Of a stretch of 64,000 nt of DNA, positions 55,140 through 64,000 are shown piece after piece. A program made the position numbers and the translations under genes. This stretch comes from an uncultured delta proteobacterium (GTDB lineage Bacteria > Myxococcota > Myxococcia > Myxococcales > Myxococcaceae): contig CAVZMH010000016.1 in NCBI GenBank assembly GCA_963776345.1, positions 576,001 to 640,000 on the forward strand. The letters run 5' to 3'. Within the stretch, counting starts at the first letter, position 1; the number at the start of each line of letters is the position of its first letter. The notes under the pieces were generated by a model. The model made no database searches and was not told the origin of the DNA. It saw nothing but the letters and a program-made list of their open reading frames with translations.

Positions 55140-58100
55140 ATGGATCGCCGCGTCCTCATCGTCGAGAGCCAGAACGAGTTCGCCCTGGGCATGGCATCCG
55201 TGCTCCGGTCGGCGGGCTTCCAGACCGCCACCGCCGAGAACGCCGCCGATGCACAGCGCGAGCTCGAGCTGCGCAGGCCGGACCTGGTCATCCTCCGCGC
55301 CGAGCTGCCGGATCAGTCCGGCTTCGTGCTCTGCGGTCAGATCAAGAAGGGCCGGTTCGGTCAGAATCTTCCCGTGCTGCTGCTCTCCTCGGACGTCGGC
55401 CAGGAGGGGCTGGCGCAGCACTCCCAGGGCCCCACCGCCGCGGACGGCTACCTCACCATCCCGTTCGAGATGGGCGAGCTGGCGCAGATGACGGTCGGCA
55501 TCCTCCCCGGGCCCCCGCCCGGCGACGACATGGACCGCTCGCTCGACGAGGCGCTCACCGGCGAGAGCCGGCCCACGCCCACCCGGGAGATGCCGGTGCC
55601 GCCGCCGCTCCGGGCCCCGCCGCCGGGGAGCCCGCCCAGGCTGCCACGGCGCGAGCGGCGGAGCGCCTTCACCGAGGAGGACCGGGCGTTCCTCGACCGG
55701 ACCTTCGCCTCCATCGCCGACCGGAAGGCGGAGCTGCTCGCCGAGTCGCAGAAACTTCGCCGGACGCCGCCGCGCCGCGAGTCCATGGGAACGCCGGAGG
55801 GGAAGATCCAGATCCTCCGCGACGAGCTGAAGCTTCGCGAGGCCCAGCTGGCCCGCATCTCGGAGATCTGGACCGTCCGCGAGCGCGAGCTGCTCAGCGT
55901 CGAGGACCGGCTGCACGAGAAGGACGTCGAGCTGCAGGGCCTGAAGATGCAGGTGGACGATCTGCTCCGCCGCTTCAACGAGGCCCAGGCGGCGATGCTC
56001 CAGAAGGAGCGGGAGCACGGCGCCACCGTCGACGACCTGCTGCTCCAGAGGTTCGCCACCGAGAAGGACCTCATCGAGGTGGTGGCCTCGAAGGAGAAGG
56101 ACCTCAACCACGCCCGCCGCGAGCTCTCGGCGCGCGAGGAGGAGCTCCAGGCGAAGGGCCAGGCGGTGGAGCGAGGGCTGGCCGAGGCCGAGCGGCTGGA
56201 GCGCGCGCTCGGGGTGGCCACGCTCGAGTTCGAGGTGAAGGAGCAGACGCTCTCCAGCGGGCTGGCCACCATGACCGGCCGGGCCGAGACCGCCGAGCGC
56301 GACCTGGCGGAGACCAGAGACGCACTGGAGCGCACCACCCAGGAGCGCGACGCCCACGACGCCGAGAACGCGCGCCGCATCGGCGAGCTGGAGAAGACGC
56401 TCGCCGACACCCGCGCCGAGCGCGAGTCGACGGTGCAGGCGCTCGAGGCCCGGGCGCAGAAGGGCGAGGGCCGGGCGGACAAGGCCGAAGCCGAGGTGCT
56501 CCGGCTGGTCCAGGAGCGCGAGCAGGCCGACGCCCGCGCCGCGGCGCAGGTGCAGGGGCTCGAGCAGCGCCTCTTCACCGCCGAGACGGCCGGCGAGAAC
56601 CTCAAGCTGGAGCTGGAGCACCTCGGCAAGCAGATGGCCGATCGGCTCGCCGAGCACGACGCCCGCGCCGCGGCGCTTGAGCGGGAGCTGGCCCAGGCCC
56701 ACGAGCTGCGCGAGGGCGTCGAGGCCGAGATGCACGCCCAGGTGCAGGCCAAGCTCGAGCGCATCGGCGAGCTGGAGGGCGAGCTCGAGTCCGTCCGCGC
56801 GCACCTGGAGGAGCGCGAGACGGAGCTGACCGGCCAGGTGCGGAGCCTGAGCACCAGGCTGGCCGAGACCACCGCGGCGCTCGAGGCCGAGCGCAGCGCC
56901 CGGACCCAGCTCGAGGCCGAGCGGACCAAGCTGAAGGCCGACCTCGGGCGCACAGAGGACGCGCTGGCCACCGCGCAGGAGCAGCTCGCGGAGCGCGCGC
57001 AGCAGGCGGAGGACTTCGTCCGGGAGCTGGAGGAGGCGGACGTCCATCTCCGGGAGGCCCGCGCCCGCGGGAGCGAGCTGGAGGCGAAGCTGGCCACGGC
57101 CGAGGCCGAGAAGCTGGCGCTCCAGGGCGAGCTCGGCGCCACCCAGCAGCTGCTCTCCGACAGCCAGGCCTCGCTCGACCGCGCGGAGCACCTGGTGGTG
57201 GACACCCGAGGCCAGCTCGAGGCGGCGACCGCCGAGCTGGCCCAGGAGCGCGGGCGACACGGGGCGACGCGCTCCGAGCTCGAGGCGACCGCCCAGGCCC
57301 GCGCCGCGCTCGACGCCGACCTGACCCGTCACCGGGACGAGCTGGCGGACCACGCCGAGCTGCTCTCGCTCACCAAGCAGGAGCTGGGCACCCGGGTCGC
57401 CGAGGTGACGCGCCTCTCGGGCCAGCTGGCCCAGACGGAGGATGCCCGGACCGACCTCGACGAGAAGCTGCGGCAACTTCAAGACTCGGCCGCGCGGCAG
57501 GAGGAGCTGCTGCGCGGGGACCTGGCCGGCCTCACCACCCAGCTGGACGAGGCCCGGGCGCGGCTGGCCGAGGCCAACGCGGAGCGCGCCCGCGAGCGGG
57601 AGGCTGCGGCCCGCGATGCGCAGGGCCGGGGCGAGCAGCTCAAACAGGCCGAGGCGCGGCTCAAGGAGTTCACCGACGCGGCGGGGCGCCGGCAGACCGA
57701 GCTGTCGCAGAAGCTGGCCATCGCCACCCGCGAGGCCCAGACGGTGAAGAGCGAGCTGGCGGCCCGCACCGACCAGCTCTCGGCGCAGCTCGCCCAGGCC
57801 CAGTCGGAGCGGGACACGGTGCGCAGCGAGCTCGGGGCGGAGCTCGAGACGCTCCGGGGCCACGCCGCCACGCTCGAGGCCGACCTGTCCAGCGAGCGAT
57901 CGGAAGCGGCGGGCCGCGAGCAGGCGCTGCTCGAGCGCGTCGAGGCTGCCGAGCACCAGGCCCAGGAGACGGCGGCCCAGCTCGGGGCGCAGGTGACGGC
58001 GCTCGAGGAGGCCCGGGGTCGGGGGGAGGCCGAGCTCGCCGCGGCGCTGGAGCGGGCCAACGCCCGCGAGGCGGAGGCGCGCACGGCCACGGCGGAGCGA

Positions 58101-58517
58101 GTCCGCATCGAGCGCGAGCTGGGCGGCAAGGTCCAGGCCGCCGAGGCGCGGGCCGCCGACGCCGCCGGTCGCCTGGCCGCCGCGGAGCGGGGGCGCAAGG
58201 AGATCGAGGCCCGGGTGCTGGCCGAGCGCGAGGAGCTGGTGGCCAAGCAGCGCGCCGAGCTGGAGCGCCGGGACGCCGCGAAGTCGCAGGAAGTGGCGCG
58301 GCTGCAGCAGTCGGTCCAGGAACGGGCCCGGGCGCTCAAGGTGGCCGAGCTGGAGCTGGCGCGGCTGAAGGCGCGCGCCGCGCCGGCCCCGTCGACGCCG
58401 TCCGGTCCGAACCCGGTGGTCCAGCGCCCTGCCCCGGCGGCTCCGCCCAAGCCCGCGCCGCCTACCGACGGCGACGAGGCGTGGCAGAAGCTCGTCGACG
58501 AGCTCGACAAGCCCTGA
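55140..58517 (+). CDS. aglZ: Pseudo-receiver + long coiled-coil protein, adventurous gliding motility protein AglZ
   Basis: N-terminal CheY-like fold (RVLIVESQ..PDLVILRAELPDQSGF) with the phospho-Asp replaced by Arg; Pro linker; long heptad-rich coiled coil; expected neighbourhood. Confidence 0.85.
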   Translation: MDRRVLIVESQNEFALGMASVLRSAGFQTATAENAADAQRELELRRPDLVILRAELPDQSGFVLCGQIKKGRFGQNLPVLLLSSDVGQEGLAQHSQGPTAADGYLTIPFEMGELAQMTVGILPGPPPGDDMDRSLDEALTGESRPTPTREMPVPPPLRAPPPGSPPRLPRRERRSAFTEEDRAFLDRTFASIADRKAELLAESQKLRRTPPRRESMGTPEGKIQILRDELKLREAQLARISEIWTVRERELLSVEDRLHEKDVELQGLKMQVDDLLRRFNEAQAAMLQKEREHGATVDDLLLQRFATEKDLIEVVASKEKDLNHARRELSAREEELQAKGQAVERGLAEAERLERALGVATLEFEVKEQTLSSGLATMTGRAETAERDLAETRDALERTTQERDAHDAENARRIGELEKTLADTRAERESTVQALEARAQKGEGRADKAEAEVLRLVQEREQADARAAAQVQGLEQRLFTAETAGENLKLELEHLGKQMADRLAEHDARAAALERELAQAHELREGVEAEMHAQVQAKLERIGELEGELESVRAHLEERETELTGQVRSLSTRLAETTAALEAERSARTQLEAERTKLKADLGRTEDALATAQEQLAERAQQAEDFVRELEEADVHLREARARGSELEAKLATAEAEKLALQGELGATQQLLSDSQASLDRAEHLVVDTRGQLEAATAELAQERGRHGATRSELEATAQARAALDADLTRHRDELADHAELLSLTKQELGTRVAEVTRLSGQLAQTEDARTDLDEKLRQLQDSAARQEELLRGDLAGLTTQLDEARARLAEANAERAREREAAARDAQGRGEQLKQAEARLKEFTDAAGRRQTELSQKLAIATREAQTVKSELAARTDQLSAQLAQAQSERDTVRSELGAELETLRGHAATLEADLSSERSEAAGREQALLERVEAAEHQAQETAAQLGAQVTALEEARGRGEAELAAALERANAREAEARTATAERVRIERELGGKVQAAEARAADAAGRLAAAERGRKEIEARVLAEREELVAKQRAELERRDAAKSQEVARLQQSVQERARALKVAELELARLKARAAPAPSTPSGPNPVVQRPAPAAPPKPAPPTDGDEAWQKLVDELDKP

Positions 58518-58545
58518 GCCCCGGGGGGTCTTGCCAGCCCCGCGG

Positions 58546-58599
58546 GGTCACCGGCGGCCCCCTCGGGAATCGACCCGCGGAAGGACTCCGCCGGTGACC
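58546..58599. terminator. Long stem-loop between convergent genes
   Basis: Perfect 12-bp inverted repeat GGTCACCGGCGG/CCGCCGGTGACC enclosing an inner hairpin; no U-tract. Confidence 0.45.
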
Positions 58600-58609
58600 G
58601 GCGCAAGCG

Positions 58610-58837
58610 CTACATCGCGGCGCGGGCCTCCCGCAGCACCTCGCGGAAGCTCAGACGAGACACCACCTGCCACACGCGAGGCGGCTCCCCCGTCGAGCTC
58701 CTCTCGGAGCTGACCCGGGCGCGCGCCCGGGCCAGGGCGCGCGCCAGCACCCACCCGGCCAGGAGGAGGATGCCGCCCGGGAGCAGCAGCGCCACCAGTC
58801 CCAGCCCCGTCTTCACCCCACAGCTCCTCACGTTCAC
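58610..58837 (-). CDS. Small membrane protein
   Basis: 75 aa with hydrophobic hairpin GLGLVALLLPGGILLLAGWVLA; upstream GAGG. Confidence 0.55.
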   Translation of the reverse strand: MNVRSCGVKTGLGLVALLLPGGILLLAGWVLARALARARARVSSERSSTGEPPRVWQVVSRLSFREVLREARAAM

Positions 58838-58961
58838 ACCTCAGCGGGGGCCTCGGCCTGGCCCCTTCCGCCGTTGGTCATTGCACGCGCCGGACCACCA
58901 CCCGTGCCCGGCCGCTGGACCTCTGATATCCACGAGATGCGCGCCCGGCCGTGCGGCCGGC

Positions 58962-59942
58962 ATGAAACAGGGACGGCAACTCACCGTGGAAAATTCGGTC
59001 ACACCCTCGCCCTCCACCCCGGGGGTGCCACGAGGGTTCAGCTCCGTGACGGATGCGCTCGCCCGCCTCGAGGCGACCGGCTACCTGCCGTCGACCGAGG
59101 TCGCCACGGCCGCCTTCCTCGCCGACCGCCTGGAGAAGCCGGTGCTGGTGGAAGGGCCGGCCGGCGTGGGGAAGACCGAGCTCGCGCGCGCGATGGCGCA
59201 GGCCCTCGGCCGGCCCCTGTTCCGGCTCCAGTGCTACGAGGGGCTCGACGAGGCGAAGGCGCTCTACGAGTGGGAGTACGCCAAGCAGCTCCTGTACACG
59301 CAGATCCTCAAGGACAAGCTCGGCGAGGCGCTGGCCGGCGCCGCCACGCTCGCGGAGGCCGCGGACCGGATCGCCGCCGGCGACTCGGTGTTCTTCTCCG
59401 AGCGGTTCCTTCTCCCCCGCCCCGTGCTGCGGGCGCTGCTGTCGCCCGAGCCCGCGCTGCTCCTGGTGGACGAGATCGACAAGGCGGACCCGGAGTTCGA
59501 GGCGTTCCTCCTGGAGGTGCTGGCGGACGCCGCGGTGACCATCCCGGAGCTGGGCACCATCCGGGCGCGGTTCACGCCCCGGGCGGTGCTGACCTCCAAC
59601 GCCGCCCGTGAGCTGTCCGACGCCCTGAAGCGCCGGTGCCTCCACCTGCACATCGACTTCCCGGACCGGGAGCGCGAGCTGCGCATCGTCCGCAGCCGCG
59701 CCCCCGAGGTACCGCCGGCGCTCGCCGCCCAGGTGGTGGCGGCGGTGGAGCGCATCCGCCGGATCGAGCTGAAGAAGCCGCCGTCGATCAGCGAGACGCT
59801 GGACTGGGCCCGGAGCCTGGTCCTCCTCAACGCCGAGGCGCTCTCGCCCGAGCTGGTGGCCGCCACGCTCAACGTGCTCCTGAAATACACCGGGGACGTG
59901 GAGAAGGTGCGGACCCAGCTGGGGCAGATCGCCACGCCGTGA
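58962..59942 (+). CDS. MoxR-family AAA+ ATPase (CoxD-like)
   Basis: LVEGPAGVGKTE, RLQCYEGLD..ALYEWEY, LLVDEIDK, TSN..ELSDALKRRC and PSISETLDW. Start uncertain (58962 or 58986). Confidence 0.9.
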   Translation: MKQGRQLTVENSVTPSPSTPGVPRGFSSVTDALARLEATGYLPSTEVATAAFLADRLEKPVLVEGPAGVGKTELARAMAQALGRPLFRLQCYEGLDEAKALYEWEYAKQLLYTQILKDKLGEALAGAATLAEAADRIAAGDSVFFSERFLLPRPVLRALLSPEPALLLVDEIDKADPEFEAFLLEVLADAAVTIPELGTIRARFTPRAVLTSNAARELSDALKRRCLHLHIDFPDRERELRIVRSRAPEVPPALAAQVVAAVERIRRIELKKPPSISETLDWARSLVLLNAEALSPELVAATLNVLLKYTGDVEKVRTQLGQIATP

Positions 59943-62941
59943 CCGCCGCGGGGCTTGGCACGCTCGAGCTGCCGGAGCGGACCACGCGGGAGCTCCAGGC
60001 GCTGGCGACCCGGCTCGGAGAGACGCGAACGGCCGCGCTGGTGGAGGCCATCCGCCGCTCGGGCGAGATCGAGCCCGTCGTCCTCGGGCTGCTCCGGATC
60101 CAGGAGGCGCTGCTCCGGGCGCCGGGGGCCGAGGTGCTCGCCACGCGGCTGGTGCTGGCGAGCGACTCGATGCAGCGGGTGTTGATGACGCGGCCGGGGC
60201 TCCTCCGCTGGGTGCACCGCAGCGCGAGCACCGGGGCCCCGCTCGAGGTCGACGCCCTGGAGGCGGCGCTGGGCGCCGTGCTGGCCCGCGCGGACGCCGC
60301 CGCGCCCGAGGAGCTGCACCGGAGGCTCCGCCGCTTCAAGTCGCGGCAGGCGCTCCGGCTGGCCGCGCGCGACGTGTGGCTGGGCGCCCCGATGGAGGCG
60401 CTGGGCCGCGAGCAGACGGCGCTCGCCGAGGCGCTGCTCCGGGCCGCGCTGCCCCGCCTGGAGACGGCGCTCCGGGCACGCTACGGGGCGCCGGTGCCCG
60501 AGGGGTTCGTGGTGCTGGGGCTCGGGAAGCTCGGCGGCGAGGACCTCAACTGGAGCTCGGACATCGACCTGGTCCTCGTCCACCGCGGCGACGGGACGAC
60601 GACCGGCGGCAGTGTCGGCGCCGTGCCCACGGTGACCTATTACACGCGGCTCGGCGAGGCGCTCGCCCGGGCGATGTCCATCGTCACCGAGGAAGGCTTC
60701 TGCTACCGCGTGGACCTGGACCTCCGGCCCCAGGGGCGCGCCGGAGCGGCGGTGTTCTCGCTCCCGGCGATGCTCCAGTACTACGAGCAGCAGGGCCGCA
60801 CCTGGGAGCGCGCGGCGTGGATCAAGGCCCGGCCGGTCGCCGGCGACCTCGCGCTCGGCCAGGAGCTGCTCGAGGAGCTGGGGCCGTTCGTCTGGCGGCG
60901 GACGCTCGACCTGGCGGCGGTGGAGGCGCTCCGGGATCTCAAGATGCAGATCGACCTGCGGAGCACCGCCCGCGAGAGCGACGTGAAGCTGGGGGCGGGC
61001 GGCATCCGTGAGGTGGAGTTCGTGGCCGCGGCCCTGCAGCTGCTCCACGGCGGACGCAACACCGCGCTCCGGGTGCGCTCCACCCAGCGCGCGCTCCGCC
61101 GCCTGGTGGAGGCGGGGCTGCTCTCCCAGGCCGACGCCGACCGGCTGCTCGAGGCGTACGCCTTCCTCAGGCGGGTGGAGAACCGGCTGCAGATGGTGGA
61201 CGAGCGGCAGACGCAGGCAGTGCCACCGCTGGGGCCGGAGCGGGAGCGGCTCGCGCACTCGCTCGGCTTCCAGGACGCGGCCGGGTTCGAGGCGGAGCTG
61301 GACCGGCACCGGAGGTACGTCGCCCAGGCGTTCCACGTCCTGCTCGGCCAGGAGGCCAGGGGTGAGCTCCCCCACGAGCCGGACCTCGTCCTGGCGCTCG
61401 ACGACGACCTGGACGACGCGGCCCGGGCCGAGGCGCTCGCCCGACGCGGGTTCGACGACGCCTCGGCCGCGCTGGCCTCGGTGCAGCGGCTCCGGCGCGT
61501 GCTCGGGGCGGCGCGGCTCGAGGAGGGCCCCGGCCCCTCCGGCATCGCGCTCCAGCTGGTCCAGGGCGCCGCGCGCAGCCCCGACCCGGACCAGGCGCTC
61601 TTCTACCTGGCGGAGTTCGCCTCCGCGCTCGCGGTGCCCGCGGGGTACCTGCGGCTCTTGCAGCAGCGTCCGGCGGTGGCGCGGCGGCTGCTCGACCTCT
61701 TCGGGCAGAGCACGTACCTGAGCGCCGAGCTGGTGAGGACGCCCGAGCTCCTCGACCAGCTGGTGTCCTGGGACGCCGAGGCGCTGCACAAGCCGCCGGA
61801 GCGCATCCGCGCCGAGCTCGACGGACGCGCAGCCCGGGCCACCGAGGACCCGGAGCAGCTGCTGGGCGCGCTGCGCCGCTTCAAGAACGAGGAGGTGCTC
61901 CGGGTGGGCCTGGGCGACATCGCCGGCGAGCTGGAGGTCCCGGAGGTGGCGCGGCAGCTCACCGCCCTGGCCGACGGGCTCCTGGACCACGCGGTGCTCC
62001 TCGCCGCCGAGCACGCCAGGGCGCGCTGGGGGCTCCCCCGCATGCGCGATGGCCGGCGGGCGCCGCTGGCGGTGCTGGGGATGGGCAAGCTCGGCGGCCG
62101 GGAGCTCGGCTACCACTCGGACCTGGACCTCCTGTTCGTCTACGGCTCGAGCGCCGACGAGGAAACCACCGGCGGCACGCAGGGGCGCATCGGACACCAC
62201 GAGTACTTCGCCCGGATGGTGCAGCGGCTGCTCTCGCTGCTCACGCTCCAGTACCGGGAGGGGCGGCTGTACCAGGTGGACACGCGGCTCCGGCCCTCCG
62301 GGAACCAGGGGCCGCTGGTGGTGAGCGAGGAGGCGCTGCTCGAGCACCACGCGCGGCGGGCGCAGCTCTGGGAGCGGCAGGCGCTGGTGAAGGCGCGGGC
62401 GGTGGCCGGGGACGTGGCCTACGGCGGACGGCTCCTCGGCGCCGCGCTGGTGCCGCTGGTCTGGGAGCGCCCGCTGCCCGAGGGCGCGGCGGAGGAGATC
62501 CACCGGCTCCGGATGCGGATGGAGCGGGAGGTGGCGGGCGAGTCCAGCGACCGGCTCAACCCCAAGACCGGACAGGGGGGGCTGGTCGACGTGGAGTTCG
62601 CCACCCAGTACCTCCAGCTCCTGTACGGCGGGTCCCTGCCCTCGGTGCGCTGCCCGGGCACGCTGGAGGCGCTGGAGGCGCTGGTGGCGAGCGGGCGCAT
62701 CCGGCGGGAGGACGCCGCCGCGCTCCGCCAGGGATACCTCTTCCTGCGCCGGGTGGAGAACCGGCAGCGGCTGGTGCACGGACGGACGCTGCAGCACCTC
62801 CCCACCCGGGGACGGCCGCTGCTCCTGCTCGCCCGGCGGCTGGGCTACGGCGGTCCGGACGCGGGCGGGGCGTTCCTCTCGGAGTACCTCGCGGTGGCGG
62901 CGACGGTCCGGGCGGCCTACGTCCGTGTCCTCCAGCGGTGA
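59939..62941 (+). CDS. glnE: Bifunctional glutamine synthetase adenylyltransferase/adenylyl-removing enzyme
   Basis: Two NTase halves: GLGKLGGEDLNWSSDIDL..RVDLDLRP..GRTWER and GMGKLGGRELGYHSDLDL..VDTRLRPSG..WERQAL. GTG overlaps the MoxR stop. Confidence 0.95.
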   Translation: MTAAGLGTLELPERTTRELQALATRLGETRTAALVEAIRRSGEIEPVVLGLLRIQEALLRAPGAEVLATRLVLASDSMQRVLMTRPGLLRWVHRSASTGAPLEVDALEAALGAVLARADAAAPEELHRRLRRFKSRQALRLAARDVWLGAPMEALGREQTALAEALLRAALPRLETALRARYGAPVPEGFVVLGLGKLGGEDLNWSSDIDLVLVHRGDGTTTGGSVGAVPTVTYYTRLGEALARAMSIVTEEGFCYRVDLDLRPQGRAGAAVFSLPAMLQYYEQQGRTWERAAWIKARPVAGDLALGQELLEELGPFVWRRTLDLAAVEALRDLKMQIDLRSTARESDVKLGAGGIREVEFVAAALQLLHGGRNTALRVRSTQRALRRLVEAGLLSQADADRLLEAYAFLRRVENRLQMVDERQTQAVPPLGPERERLAHSLGFQDAAGFEAELDRHRRYVAQAFHVLLGQEARGELPHEPDLVLALDDDLDDAARAEALARRGFDDASAALASVQRLRRVLGAARLEEGPGPSGIALQLVQGAARSPDPDQALFYLAEFASALAVPAGYLRLLQQRPAVARRLLDLFGQSTYLSAELVRTPELLDQLVSWDAEALHKPPERIRAELDGRAARATEDPEQLLGALRRFKNEEVLRVGLGDIAGELEVPEVARQLTALADGLLDHAVLLAAEHARARWGLPRMRDGRRAPLAVLGMGKLGGRELGYHSDLDLLFVYGSSADEETTGGTQGRIGHHEYFARMVQRLLSLLTLQYREGRLYQVDTRLRPSGNQGPLVVSEEALLEHHARRAQLWERQALVKARAVAGDVAYGGRLLGAALVPLVWERPLPEGAAEEIHRLRMRMEREVAGESSDRLNPKTGQGGLVDVEFATQYLQLLYGGSLPSVRCPGTLEALEALVASGRIRREDAAALRQGYLFLRRVENRQRLVHGRTLQHLPTRGRPLLLLARRLGYGGPDAGGAFLSEYLAVAATVRAAYVRVLQR

Positions 62942-62943
62942 GC

Positions 62944-64000
62944 ATGGTAGGAAGGACGTCCTTGGTGGCCCCGACGGAGCCCGTCCACGTCCTGGTGGTC
63001 GACGACGACCGCAACGTCCAGCGGATGCTGGCGGATGCGCTCACCAGGCAGGGCTTTCGCGTCACCGTCGAGCGGGACGGCGAGGCGGCGCTGGCGGCGT
63101 TCGAGCGCCATCCGTTCGACGTGGTGCTGCTCGACGTGCTGCTCCCGGCGCTGAACGGCTACGAGGTCGCCCGTCGCATCAAGAGCACCCCGCGCGGGGA
63201 GAGGACGCCGGTGCTGATGCTCTCCGGCATCTACAAGACCAAGATGCACCAAGCGCAGGCGGTGGAGCGCCACGGCGCCGCGGGGTTCGTCGAGAAGCCG
63301 TTCAAGCTGAACCAGCTCTTCGGGAAGCTGGAGGGCGTGCTCGGGGACCGGTTCCCCCAGCCGCCGCCGGCCCCTGCGGCGAACGGCGCGCCCGAGCCCG
63401 CCTCCGAGCCGCTGGCCGACCCGCGGGCCGAGGCCGAGGCCTCGCTGGTCGAGTTCACCTCGGCCGAGTCCACCTCCGCCGAGACCGGCGCGGCCGAGCC
63501 CGCGGGGCCGGCTGCCGACCGCGGCGACTTCCGGGGCCGTGCCTTCCCCGAGCTGCTGGCGGACCTGCACCGCCGCCGCGCGACCGGGGCCCTTCTTCTG
63601 CGACGCGACAAGGTGAAGAAGATCGTCTTCTTCCGCGGCGGGGCGCCCGAGAGCGTGAAGAGCAACCGCCTCTCGGAGTGCCTGGGCCGGGTGATGGTGC
63701 GCGAGCGGATGATCTCCGAGGCGGACTGCGAGGAGTCGCTGAAGCGCATGAAGGCCATGGGGCGCCAGCAGGGCACGGTGCTCATCGAGATGGGGTGCAT
63801 CAGCCCCCACAACCTCCGCTACGCGCTCGAGCTGCAGCTGCGACTGAAGCTGCTCGAGGTGTTCGGCTGGAGGAAGGGTGAGTTCCAGTTCAACCCCCGC
63901 GCCCAGCCGCCGGCGGAGACGGTGAGGCTCCAGATGTCCACCGCGGCCATCGTCTACGAGGGGGTGAGGCGAAGCTACGACGCCGCCCGGCTCCGCGATG
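62944..64000 (+). CDS. Response regulator receiver + DUF4388/PATAN-like domain protein (3' truncated; absent from the ORF track)
   Basis: My translation: MVGRTSLVAPTEPVHVLVVDDD..FDVVLLDVLLPALNGYEV..MLSG..FVEKPF, then GDF....FPELLADLHRRRATGALLL..KKIVFFRGG..SNRLSECLGRVMV. Open to the window end. Confidence 0.88.
   Translation, partial: MVGRTSLVAPTEPVHVLVVDDDRNVQRMLADALTRQGFRVTVERDGEAALAAFERHPFDVVLLDVLLPALNGYEVARRIKSTPRGERTPVLMLSGIYKTKMHQAQAVERHGAAGFVEKPFKLNQLFGKLEGVLGDRFPQPPPAPAANGAPEPASEPLADPRAEAEASLVEFTSAESTSAETGAAEPAGPAADRGDFRGRAFPELLADLHRRRATGALLLRRDKVKKIVFFRGGAPESVKSNRLSECLGRVMVRERMISEADCEESLKRMKAMGRQQGTVLIEMGCISPHNLRYALELQLRLKLLEVFGWRKGEFQFNPRAQPPAETVRLQMSTAAIVYEGVRRSYDAARLRD

Noticed and set aside
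58546..58599. SRP RNA or tRNA fragment (GGAAGGA and GGGTCGATTCCC look-alikes)
   Set aside because: It lacks the SRP helix-8 CAGG..GNRA..AGCA arrangement and cannot form a cloverleaf.

Overview
High-GC window from a myxobacterium (Myxococcota, most similar in gene content to Myxococcaceae). It is densely coding, mostly core chromosome, and its gene order resembles, from memory, the Myxococcus xanthus aglZ-tsaP-topA-trmFO(gid)-aglU-xerC-hslVU-dnaK-like region. Left to right: a partial glycosyltransferase, GNAT acetyltransferase, FliK/SctP-like orphan, ferredoxin, asd, tRNA-Cys(GCA), SpoIID/LytB lipoprotein and TonB_C protein. Then a one-carbon block (gcvP-gcvH-gcvT, metF, lgt-like, folD), an adenosine-deaminase-family gene, pyrD, a membrane Ser/Thr kinase, DUF6178-like protein, beta-propeller lipoprotein, engB, tetraheme cytochrome c and a coaE-SDR-double-MaoC unit. 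Next a J-domain/Hsp70/TPR trio, argD, hslUV, xerC, an inverted lipoprotein, aglU, trmFO, a complete AglRQS-like (TolQ/TolR/TolR) motor paralog, a 3 x 63-bp palindromic tandem repeat, topA, dprA, tsaP, cpoB-like, pgeF and htrA. Finally GH57/DUF4912/GT4, aglZ, a MoxR ATPase, glnE and a partial receiver-DUF4388 protein. I see no CRISPR array, rRNA, transposase or prophage, and nothing I can show to be a wholly new system. The best leads are the palindromic repeat, the intact second motor, several enzymes with substituted catalytic motifs (SDR YxxxK->WxxxK, Lgt, ADA DD->DG) and a few uncharacterised gene couplings. All family assignments come from motif recognition by eye, not database searches.
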